Shown here piece by piece: positions 9,273 through 18,400 of a stretch of 39,130 nt of DNA (the stretch's first letter is position 1; each line of letters begins with the position of its first letter). The notes beneath the pieces were generated by a model. The model saw only the letters and a list, made by a program, of their open reading frames with translations. It had not been told where the DNA came from and made no database searches. Source of the DNA: Nitrososphaerota archaeon. GTDB taxonomy: Archaea > Thermoproteota > Nitrososphaeria_A > Caldarchaeales > Calditenuaceae. Location of the stretch: contig JAWBQR010000010.1 in the NCBI GenBank assembly GCA_038845265.1, positions 1 to 39,130 of the forward strand, read 5' to 3'. The translations under genes were made by a program, and so were the position numbers.

Positions 9273-9590
9273 GTGGAGTACATATATGCTGCACTCCTGC
9301 TCCACAAGTTGGGAAAACCAATCGATGAGGCAGGCATAAAGAGGATAGTCGAGGCTGCGGGCGGAACTGTCGATGAGATAAAGGTAAAGGCTCTTGTCGC
9401 ATCTCTGCAGGGAATAAACATAGATGAGGCAATCAAGTCGGCCGCAATGGTCGGTATTGCACCAGCCGCAGCTCAACCAGCAGCCCCTGCTACACAAGCC
9501 CCGGCTGCTGAGGCAAAGCCTGAGAAGCCTAAGGAAGAGGAGAAGAAAGAGGAGGAGGCACTGGCTGGGCTTAGTGCATTATTCGGATAA
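9273..9590 (+). CDS. rpl12: Ribosomal stalk protein P1 (L12Ae)
   Basis: [11 protein letters not shown], Ala/Pro-rich hinge, acidic tail [13 protein letters not shown]. Confidence 0.98.
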   Translation: MEYIYAALLLHKLGKPIDEAGIKRIVEAAGGTVDEIKVKALVASLQGINIDEAIKSAAMVGIAPAAAQPAAPATQAPAAEAKPEKPKEEEKKEEEALAGLSALFG

Positions 9591-9628
9591 CTTCCTACTC
9601 GATAAAATTAGACATATCTTTTTGTTAT

Positions 9629-9636
9629 TTTATATA
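9629..9636 (+). promoter_or_regulatory. Candidate TATA box for a leaderless alaS transcript
   Basis: TTTATATA ends 26 nt before the GTG start; the T-tract just upstream could terminate rpl12. Confidence 0.55.
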
Positions 9637-9662
9637 TTGTTATCATGGCTGGGTGTTGAATA

Positions 9663-12467
9663 GTGAGGTTTGGTGAGGAACACTACTCGCTTGACTTCTT
9701 GAAGGATAAGGGGTTCGTCAGGGCTAGGTGTAGAGTCTGTGGTGAGTTTTTCTGGAGTGTTGATAAGGACCGCGAAGTCTGCGGTGAGGCTCCCTGTGAG
9801 GCGTACAGCTTCATAGGAAAACCTCCTACAACCAAAAAATACACTCTCGAAGAGATGAGAGACTCATTTCTTGGCTTTTTCGAGCGGAATGGACATGAAG
9901 TAATTGAGCCTTACCCAGTTGTTCCCAGATGGCGCCGTGACCTCTATCTAGTCTCTGCTAGTATAGTTGATTTTCAGCCACATGTCACTTCGGGTGCAGT
10001 CGAGCCTCCGGCAAATCCATTGGTGATTAGTCAGCCATGCATTAGGCTCGTCGATATTGATAAAGTCGGCTTGACCTTCGGACGCCACCTGACAATATTC
10101 GAGATGGGGGGCGCACATGCCTTCAACACTGCTCAGCGAAAAGTTTACTGGAAGGATACGACGGTTGCTCTCTGCCATAAGTTCCTCTCAGAACTCGGAC
10201 TTAGGGATGAACAGGTAGTCTACAAGGAGGGAGTCTGGAGCGGTGGCGGAAATGCAGGCCCATGCTTCGAGGTAATCGTTGGAGGCCTAGAAATTGCAAC
10301 CCTAGTATTCATGAGCTACAGGACTCTTGATGGCGAGCTGATTGAGCTGCCTGTACGCACAGTGGATACTGGATATGGAATGGAGAGGTTTACTTGGCTG
10401 AGCGTCGGTACGCCAAGCTCCTTTGAGGCAATATATCAGGGAATAGCGTCTAGAATTTCTAAGTATATTGATGCTCCCAAGATTGATAGGGATATTCTCG
10501 AGAAGTATTCACGGTTCTCTGCCTGGATAACTCCTAGTTCCGCCTCGTCTCTTAGAGAGGTGAGGGAGAAGGCTGCACAGCTTGCTGGGATAAGTATTGC
10601 TGAGATTCTTCCAGATCTTGAGAGACTGGAAAAGTACTATGCCTTGCTTGACCATACAAAGTCAATTATCTTCATACTGTCCGAGGGCGTCGTGCCCTCA
10701 AACTCAAAGGTTGGATACCTAGCTAGGCTATTGATACGTAAGTCTCAGAGACTACTGAAACAGCTCGGCGCCGAAGAACACCTCGTCCAGATAGCTGAGG
10801 AGCAATTAAACTACTGGGGCAGATGGTTCCCAAAGCTCTTGGAGATGCGTGAGGAAGTCTTAGAATTGATTGAGCATGAAGTCTCTAAGTTTTCTGATAC
10901 GGTAAACAGAGGCTTGGCCCATTTGGAGAGGGAGCTGATGGCTATAAAGTCCTCAGGAGCAGCCATATCCACTGATTTCTTGGTGAGGATGTATGACGAG
11001 AAGGGATTAACGCCGGACATCGTGTCGGAGGCTGCCTCAAAGATAGGCCTACCCGTCTCTATTCCTGGCAACATTCATGAATTGGTGGCGGAGATGCATG
11101 GAGCGGCAAACCCGCAAGAAGAACAAGTCGATGAGCGCCTAGTAGTGGTTGAGCGGCAATTAAAAGACGTGCCGCCTACAAAAAAGAAATATTACGAGTA
11201 TCCATACGAGGGGAAGTTTGAGTCACGTGTATTGTCAGTGGGCGATAACTACGTAGTATTGGAGGAGACGTTATTCTATGCAGAGGGCGGCGGTCAGGTA
11301 GGCGATGTCGGACTTATCCATCATTCGAACGGCACATGCAGAGTAATAGATACTCAACCCATCAACAGCGTAATTGTGCACTTTGTCGACGGCCCATTAC
11401 CCAACGTTGGCGAGACCGTTAAGTGCGAGGTCGATATTGAGAGGAGGCTGAGCATAATGAGGCACCACACAGCGACGCACATACTGATAGGCGCCTTGAG
11501 AAGAGTTCTGGGAAAACATGCATGGCAGATGGGTGCTAAGAAAGAAGCTGACTATGCAAGACTCGATATTAGTCATTATAAGTCGTTGACGATGGAGGAG
11601 ATTGAGAAGATAGAGCAGGTCGCAAACTCTGTCGTAGCTAGAAGACTACCAGTAGAGGTCAAATGGATGAGTAAAAGCGAGGCTGAGAAGAAATTTGGCT
11701 TCACGATTTATCAGGGCGGCGAGGCGCCGCTCGGAATGCTGCGTCTAATAATTATCCCGGACTGGGACGCAGAGGCTTGTGGCGGGCTGCACTGCCAAAA
11801 CACTGCTGAGGTGGGACTAATCAAGATACTAGGAGTTGATAAGATACAGGACGGAGTTATTAGGCTTACCTTTGCAGCAGGCCCGGCTGCACTTAGTCAT
11901 ATACAGTCCAAGCTCAGGGATTACCATGAGAAGTATAGAAAGACTGATGAAGAATTATCAAGACTACGACTACTCGCAGGTAAGATACTTGAAGATGCAC
12001 CTAAGGAGATTAATAAGTCAATAGCATCTCTCACTTCTAAGGTCGGCTCTGAAGTAGTTGAGAGCTACTCGGAAGTGTTCTATAAGCCAATCGCGAGGCT
12101 TTGGCTCAGCCTCAAGAGTTACCAGAAGGAAGAGGTAATAAAAGGCATAAGGCTAATCTTTGACGTCTCCTCGATAAGTGATGAGCTCTATCTAAGGACG
12201 CTTGCAATATCAATCTCGATACTTAGTGAGCCGACAGCCATTCTTCTCATAGGCCGCGGAAAGGAAAGAAACATCGTGGCGCTATACGTAAATAATCAAT
12301 GCGAGAAGAGAGGCGCATCTCTCGAGAAGTTAGCAAGTAGGCTGGAAAACGAGGCAAACATTAGCTGGGCAAAAAAGGATAATGCCTACATAGGCTATAC
12401 AACCTTTAGGGACTTTGGAAAAATGTTCAGCACCATCAAGTCATTCCTCGAAAGTCTATCTAGCTAG
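9663..12467 (+). CDS. alaS: Alanyl-tRNA synthetase, archaeal type
   Basis: N-terminal CxxC..CGEAPC, ASIVDFQP, SQPCIR, RHLTIFEMGGAHAFN, VDTGYGMER, FYAEGGGQ, editing-site HTATH and ACGGLH. Confidence 0.98.
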   Translation: MRFGEEHYSLDFLKDKGFVRARCRVCGEFFWSVDKDREVCGEAPCEAYSFIGKPPTTKKYTLEEMRDSFLGFFERNGHEVIEPYPVVPRWRRDLYLVSASIVDFQPHVTSGAVEPPANPLVISQPCIRLVDIDKVGLTFGRHLTIFEMGGAHAFNTAQRKVYWKDTTVALCHKFLSELGLRDEQVVYKEGVWSGGGNAGPCFEVIVGGLEIATLVFMSYRTLDGELIELPVRTVDTGYGMERFTWLSVGTPSSFEAIYQGIASRISKYIDAPKIDRDILEKYSRFSAWITPSSASSLREVREKAAQLAGISIAEILPDLERLEKYYALLDHTKSIIFILSEGVVPSNSKVGYLARLLIRKSQRLLKQLGAEEHLVQIAEEQLNYWGRWFPKLLEMREEVLELIEHEVSKFSDTVNRGLAHLERELMAIKSSGAAISTDFLVRMYDEKGLTPDIVSEAASKIGLPVSIPGNIHELVAEMHGAANPQEEQVDERLVVVERQLKDVPPTKKKYYEYPYEGKFESRVLSVGDNYVVLEETLFYAEGGGQVGDVGLIHHSNGTCRVIDTQPINSVIVHFVDGPLPNVGETVKCEVDIERRLSIMRHHTATHILIGALRRVLGKHAWQMGAKKEADYARLDISHYKSLTMEEIEKIEQVANSVVARRLPVEVKWMSKSEAEKKFGFTIYQGGEAPLGMLRLIIIPDWDAEACGGLHCQNTAEVGLIKILGVDKIQDGVIRLTFAAGPAALSHIQSKLRDYHEKYRKTDEELSRLRLLAGKILEDAPKEINKSIASLTSKVGSEVVESYSEVFYKPIARLWLSLKSYQKEEVIKGIRLIFDVSSISDELYLRTLAISISILSEPTAILLIGRGKERNIVALYVNNQCEKRGASLEKLASRLENEANISWAKKDNAYIGYTTFRDFGKMFSTIKSFLESLSS

Positions 12468-13351
12468 GATGATGATGTAAGTTTTTCTAGAATCTTTGCA
12501 TGTCCCTCCGCCTTCGCAAGTATGGCTGGCAGAACCTCTGGAGATGGGTATGAAGCCTCGATGGCCAGCGATAATGCCTCCTTTACCGCCTTAATAATAA
12601 TTAGTTGTATTGCTTCTGGCGTTGGATAAGCCACCGCTACGGCTAGACTGACTGCCATTCCATACGCATTCGATAACTCATTCTTAGTGCCCTCCAAGTC
12701 TAGCCTTAGCGACTCGGGAGGAATTACAATTTCTCCATCTATGGCTCCTACAAGTGTTAAGCTTCGATAGACTGTTTTTATATCGAGCTTCACTAGTAGC
12801 CCTGCAAGTTGGGGAGATATTGTATCGCCTTTCTTCGCTGCAAGAGTTTCCTTCGCTATCCATATCATTCCGTCAACTATCTTTGTCGGTATCTTCATCT
12901 TGCCAAACTCTGATAGTATCGGTCCTGGACTGAGCCCAGTATTCATTTCTGGAATAATCACGTCTATATCCACCTTTTCATTGGGCTTGGCGTAAGTCAA
13001 TACTCTATTCCGCTCAAGCTCAATAAAGAGGAGGAATGGATTCATGTCTGTGAATATTAATCCGATCGGATTTTTCAGCGAGTCTATAAACTGCTTGGCT
13101 GCTGCTCTCCCAGCCCTACCGGCTGCTATTACTGCCAATGTTTTTTTAGATATCTTGATTATAGCTTTACCACTCATTCTCTTTCTAAATTCATGTAGTA
13201 GGTCTGCCTTGGTCCTCGTTAGATCTAAGATCCCGATGACAGGACTGGCCCTGAAGAGCTGTTCAAGCTCCTCGATCTTTCTCTTCTTTATTTCACGCAT
13301 CTTCAGGACGCTTGGTGTATAGCTCATTCTGGATATCATCGCTGTAGCCAC
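12464..13351 (-). CDS. rpl10: Ribosomal protein uL10 (P0), without acidic C-terminal tail
   Basis: KISKKTLA, LIFTDMNPF, TGLSPGPILSEF..KIPTKI, repeated LA..AYP[TS]PE helices. Confidence 0.96.
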   Translation of the reverse strand: MATAMISRMSYTPSVLKMREIKKRKIEELEQLFRASPVIGILDLTRTKADLLHEFRKRMSGKAIIKISKKTLAVIAAGRAGRAAAKQFIDSLKNPIGLIFTDMNPFLLFIELERNRVLTYAKPNEKVDIDVIIPEMNTGLSPGPILSEFGKMKIPTKIVDGMIWIAKETLAAKKGDTISPQLAGLLVKLDIKTVYRSLTLVGAIDGEIVIPPESLRLDLEGTKNELSNAYGMAVSLAVAVAYPTPEAIQLIIIKAVKEALSLAIEASYPSPEVLPAILAKAEGHAKILEKLTSSS

Positions 13352-13436
13352 TATTTAACCGTCCTCAATGCTTAAAGGGCGCTGGGCTTAAAGCTAAATA
13401 TACCCTGAGCTGGAATAAGGTAGGTTCAGAGAAAAA

Positions 13437-14102
13437 TTGTCATCAATAGTAAAGCTTGATGAAAAGCTCAGTGAGGCATTAGTGAAGGGAGGAAAGAAGA
13501 AATTTACCCAGTCCGTGGAGCTAGTCATAAACTTGAAGGAGGTCGATATTAGTAAGCCTGAAAAACGATTCACCGAGACTATAGACCTGCCCCGGGGCCT
13601 TAACGGGAAGCCTAGGAAGGTCGCAGTCATTGCTTCAGGATCAATGGCGCTTGAGGCCGGCCGTAGTCCAAACGTGGATAAAGTATTCGAAAAACCAGAG
13701 ATTGAGGGGCTGATTGGAAATAAGAAGGCAGCTAAGAAGTTGGCAAGGGAGTATGACTACTTCTTGGTCGAGGCCTCGCTTATGCCAGTGGCGGCCCGTG
13801 CATTAGGAGCTGCGCTGGGATCTCTCGGCAAATCCCCAGTTCCCATCCCGCCAGGCACAAATATCGATAGCTTCGCTGCAAAATTCAAGAGAAGCGTTAC
13901 TGTGAGGCTTAGAAAAATTCCTCAGATCTCATGCATGATAGGCACTGAGACGATGCCAGTCCAGGAACTCATTGAGAATGCAAATGCAGTCATCAACCGA
14001 GTGGTTGAGAAGCTTGAGAGAAAGTGGGCAAATGTCAAGTCTATTTATATCAAGACCTCGATGGGAAAGCCGATCAAAGTCGAAATATCGAGGGCTAAGT
14101 AG
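13437..14102 (+). CDS. rpl1: Ribosomal protein uL1
   Basis: KKFTQSVELVINLKEVD, AKKLAREYDYF, IGTETM..ELIENA, NVKSIYIKTSMGKP. Confidence 0.97.
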   Translation: MSSIVKLDEKLSEALVKGGKKKFTQSVELVINLKEVDISKPEKRFTETIDLPRGLNGKPRKVAVIASGSMALEAGRSPNVDKVFEKPEIEGLIGNKKAAKKLAREYDYFLVEASLMPVAARALGAALGSLGKSPVPIPPGTNIDSFAAKFKRSVTVRLRKIPQISCMIGTETMPVQELIENANAVINRVVEKLERKWANVKSIYIKTSMGKPIKVEISRAK

Positions 14103-14583
14103 CCTTTTCTAGATAATCGTCATACTTTCCCGTGTCTATCTCTGCTAGGACTTCCTTGGGATTTTTGCCGTCGATGCTTATCCCCATGCTTACACATGTC
14201 CCAATGACTGTCTTTACTGCAGATTTGAGGGACTTTACCTTAAGGGACGGCATCTTCAGCCTGGCCACCTTCACGAGAGAGTCGAAGCTGATGTCTCCGG
14301 CCATTTCTTTTCCCGGCATCTTCGAGCCCTTCTCTATTCCTGTCTCCTTAGCAATCAGTGCTGCAACAGTGGGCGTCCCGATCTCTACCTTGAAGTCCTT
14401 TGTATCAGTATCGACCGTCACTATTACTGGCACCCTCATTCCCTTGAACTCGGCTGTCTCGGAGTTGATCTTCTCAATTATCTGGAGCACATTTACGCCC
14501 AACGGTGACAATGCAGGGCCTATGGGCGGTGCAGCAGTTGCTTTACCGCCTTCAATGAGAAACTTGAACTTCTTCTCGGGCAT
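14095..14583 (-). CDS. rpl11: Ribosomal protein uL11
   Basis: GGKATAAPPIGPALSPLGVN, FKGMRVPV, VIGTCVSMGI. Confidence 0.98.
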   Translation of the reverse strand: MPEKKFKFLIEGGKATAAPPIGPALSPLGVNVLQIIEKINSETAEFKGMRVPVIVTVDTDTKDFKVEIGTPTVAALIAKETGIEKGSKMPGKEMAGDISFDSLVKVARLKMPSLKVKSLKSAVKTVIGTCVSMGISIDGKNPKEVLAEIDTGKYDDYLEKAT

Positions 14584-14645
14584 TATCTTTCTCCTATGTA
14601 GTGTTTTTTAGATGCGTATTAAAAACCCTATCTTATGAGACGTGG

Positions 14646-15101
14646 CTACTTCGCTGCTGGCCTTACGTAGCTGACGGGCACGGATATGGGTAGTGGGTAC
14701 CTGCTCTCGATCAGCTCGATCGTTACTTCCTTCTTAAGCTTGTCGATCCTAACGATCTTCCCGGTCACTCCCTTAAGTGGGCCTGCAATTACCTCGACGG
14801 TCATTCCTGTCTCTATCGTCTCTATTATTGGCTTCTCGATTATGTGGCGCTCCAGCTCCTCGAGCTGGAGTGCAGCAATTGGCTTGGACTTGATATGCAT
14901 GATTCCCTGAATGAGCATTACGACCCTGTCCTTATCCTTGGCCTCCACGAAGACGTATCCCCTTATGGAGGGCAAGATGAATACTGAGGCTATATCCTCG
15001 CTGCTTTCATCTAGCCTATTTGTAACCATCCTGAGGACATTTCTCTCCTGACCCACAGTCGTCCTCACGGCGAATATCTTATATTTCCCTTCAGAACTCA
15101 T
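14646..15101 (-). CDS. spt5: Transcription elongation factor Spt5 (NusG)
   Basis: FAVRTTVGQERNV, RGYVFVEA (NGN domain); VEVIAGPLKG (KOW domain). Confidence 0.97.
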   Translation of the reverse strand: MSSEGKYKIFAVRTTVGQERNVLRMVTNRLDESSEDIASVFILPSIRGYVFVEAKDKDRVVMLIQGIMHIKSKPIAALQLEELERHIIEKPIIETIETGMTVEVIAGPLKGVTGKIVRIDKLKKEVTIELIESRYPLPISVPVSYVRPAAK

Positions 15102-15103
15102 GG

Positions 15104-15274
15104 CTACGCACCTTGGACGGCGAGCAGTATGAACCTGACGACAAATGAGATGCCTCCTATCAATCCGACGCCTATGAGGACGACCCTCACGAGGAGAAAG
15201 AATTCCTCTCTGCTAGGCTTGCTCGAGACCTTGAAGAGAGTCGCCACTGACCTCGCGAATTCCCTTAAGCCCAT
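15104..15274 (-). CDS. secE: Protein translocase subunit SecE (Sec61 gamma)
   Basis: Below the ORF-track cutoff. Manual translation MGLREFARSVATLFKVSSKPSREEFFLLVRVVLIGVGLIGGISFVVRFILLAVQGA (56 aa) has the KP.REEF motif plus one TM helix and lies directly upstream of spt5. Confidence 0.93.
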   Translation of the reverse strand: MGLREFARSVATLFKVSSKPSREEFFLLVRVVLIGVGLIGGISFVVRFILLAVQGA

Positions 15275-15423
15275 ATCTCTAAGAATTCAGGTCAATCCTC
15301 ATATATATTCCTACTAGTGCATTTCAAGTATAGACGAAGGTAGTAGCCGCAAAATACGGCACCGCCTCTGCCGAGGTTGAGGATAAATATTCAGGAGCAG
15401 GATTAGATGAGGATAGCCTCGGG

Positions 15424-18400
15424 ATGGTCTCAATAAAGAAGATCACTATTTATGGCTTCAAGTCGTTTGGGCCCAGGAGGAACATTATAGATATTCCCAG
15501 GGGATTTACAGTCATTACTGGTCCGAATGGTGGGGGCAAGAGTAACGTCATAGACGCGGTGAGGTTTGCATTAGGGGAGCTCAGCCCCCACTCCCTGAGA
15601 GTTTCTAGGCTCTCCGAGCTTATCTATGAGTCTAACGGCTCGAAGTCGTCCTATGCCAGGGTCTCGGTTGTCTTTGACAATACTGATAGGGGGATACCGA
15701 TAGATGCTGACGAGGTGACGGTCACTAGGAGGCTGATGCAGAGCGGGGAGAGCGTCTATCAGGTGAATGGAAAATCAGTCTCAAGAATGGATCTCCTCGC
15801 AATTCTCTCAGCGGCAAATATCAAGCCTTCTGGATACAACATTATTTCTCAGGGAGCCGTCCTAGGCATAGCTGAGACTAGCCCCGAGGAGCTTAGAAAA
15901 CTGATAGAGGAGATAGCTGGAACTGCTGAGTATGATAGGAGGAAAGAGGAGGCACTAGAGCAGCTTGACCAAGCTGAGAGAAACATTGCTGTAGCGAGGG
16001 CGGGAACGGCGGAAGTGAAGCAACGCGTTAGACAGCTTGAGCTTGAGAAGACACAGCTGATCCGTAGAAGCATCCTTGAGAGGGAGCTCTATGCTTTGAG
16101 GGCGGAGAAGCTGAGACGAAGCATAGTTGAGCTGGAGTCAGAGATGGAGAGAATCCTCAGAAGTGAGGAGGAATTCCAGAAGAGGAAGGCTGAGCTTGAG
16201 GAAGAATTGTCTAGGCTAGCCAGCCATAGGGCGTCGCTACTGGAGCAGATGGCCGTGCTCGAGAACCAGCTCTCCGAGAGCGAGAAGAAAGAGCGAGAGC
16301 TGGGCGCCATGATGGAGAGCAATAGGCTTGGACTTGAGAGGATAAAGACGATGATTAGGTCTGAGGGGACGCGATTATCAAGCACCCGCAGACAGTTATT
16401 AGAGCTGGCAAGTCAGGAGCTCAACGCAGAGAGACGCATCGAGGAGCTGAGACAATCTATCGCTGAACTCTCCCAAAGAATGGAGAAGAACACGGCGCGG
16501 CTTAGCCTGATCGAGGAAGAATACGAGAAGCTCCAGAGTCGGAGAAGCGAGCTCTCAGAAAGAATCAGAGAGCTGGACGAGGAGGTCGCCAGACGTAAAA
16601 ACGAGAACGAAAAACTCCGGAGAAAAATCCTGGAGAGGGAGAGGGAATTAGAGATTAGGGGTGGGCGCCTAGCCTCGCTTGCGGAGAAACTGGAAGAGAA
16701 GAAGAATAGACTATCAGAAGTTATTGATGGTATTGCGAGTCTCGAAAACGCTCTTAGTAATTACCAAGAATCATTGCGGCAAAGTTTGGAGGAGAAGGAT
16801 AAGGTTGAGGAGCTAATAAGCGATGCATCTGGAAAGATCGAGACGCATAGAACCGAGTTAGAGAGACTCTCTCGACTCCTAGGCGAGGTTAGCAAACTCA
16901 TAATTGAGGGAAGAGCCAAGATAAATCCGGACTCTAGCTACGGAAGACAAGTAGTTGATATTATCTCCTCGAACATGAGTGATGAAGTCATTGGTGTTTT
17001 ATCGGATCTCTTCAAGCCGCCTAGGGGACTTGAGGCTCTCTACTTGATGATTCTTAAGGATAGGCTCAACACTCTCGTGGTGAGACGTAACTCGGTTGCC
17101 GCGGCTCTCGCTCTGGCCGCGGCTGAGGTGGGAGTTGCATTATCAGTGATTAGCGTTGAGGGGAATTTTAGTTGTCCGGGAGATGGATGCTTGGCATGTA
17201 TGGCTGAGACGATGAGCGCTGATGGGCTCAGGGCTCTTCACATAGCGATGAAGGGCGCTAGGCTCCTCAGGGATAAGCAGGGATTTAGAACTGGAGAACC
17301 AGCCATAAGTATCAATGGAGCATACTGGGATGGAGGCGGCTTCTTGGCCTCGCTCGGCGAGGTAAACATCACTCAAAAGGCGATAGATGCAATCAATGAA
17401 TTGATGATAGTGGAGGAGTCCCTCAAGACAAGGATAAACGAGCATGAATCAATAATTAAAAACCTACAGAAGACGATTGAAAATCTTAGGACGGAGAAAT
17501 TAGAGCTGGAGACAAGAATCAACGCACTCAAGGAAAAGATTAAACTTGACGAGAAGACACTTAAGGCTATCCGTGAAGAGAAGCTCAAGCTTGAAGAAGC
17601 AATAAAGCTGATGGTCAAGGAATCCGAGATGCTTAGAGAGGAGCGAGAAAGAATCAAGAGCGATATTGAGGAGCTTTCTAAATCTCTGCCTAAGGAAGAC
17701 ACCATAGAGATTATGAATAGAAAAGAACTTATCGAGCAGCTCGAGGCATTGAACAAATCTTTAAACAACTACTCAGAAATTAGGTCTGAACTTTTATCCG
17801 AGAAGAAAGCAACCGCACAGAGAATAGAGGAATTTACTTCAGAACTCAAGAAGCTTGAACACATGCTTGAGGAATTATCAGAGAGGAGAATTTTGCTTGA
17901 GAACGCTAGCAACGAGCTTAAGAAAAACGTAATGAATTATGCTGGGAGGTTCCGAGAAGAGCTGTATAGACAGCGAGAATTACTAGAGGAGGTTCAGGCA
18001 AATTCAAAAGTTATATCGACTCTTAAGGAGCAGGTAGCCACTATTAGGAGCCGGCTAGACGAGGTCAATAATAAGCTAGAGTCTCTTCGAGGCTTGATAA
18101 GCGAGGTCGATAATCAACTCCAGGGAATCAAGCTATCAAAAATGGAGCTGACCATGCGGAGAAACTCTCTGGAGGAGAAATTGAGAGAAATTCCTCTCCA
18201 GAACGAGGGTGACCTAGTTTGTCTGGATCAAGACATTAGGGATGAAATTTACATGAGACTCGAGGAGGAGCTAAACAACATGGGGCCTGTAAATCAGCTG
18301 GCCGCGATGCAATACGTAGAACTAGTTGCGAACTATAAGCATAGATCATTTAGGATCGCTGAACTCGAAAAAGAGAGGAGAGAAATCTTAAGAGTCATAG

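Noticed and set aside
13352-14110. Recombinase-type inverted repeats flanking rpl1 (phase-variable inversion)
   Set aside because: Only a short direct similarity was found (GGGCTTAAAG and GGGCTAAG). There are no inverted repeats and no recombinase in the window.
15129-15317. 62-aa + strand ORF
   Set aside because: Antisense to secE, which has the motif and the synteny.
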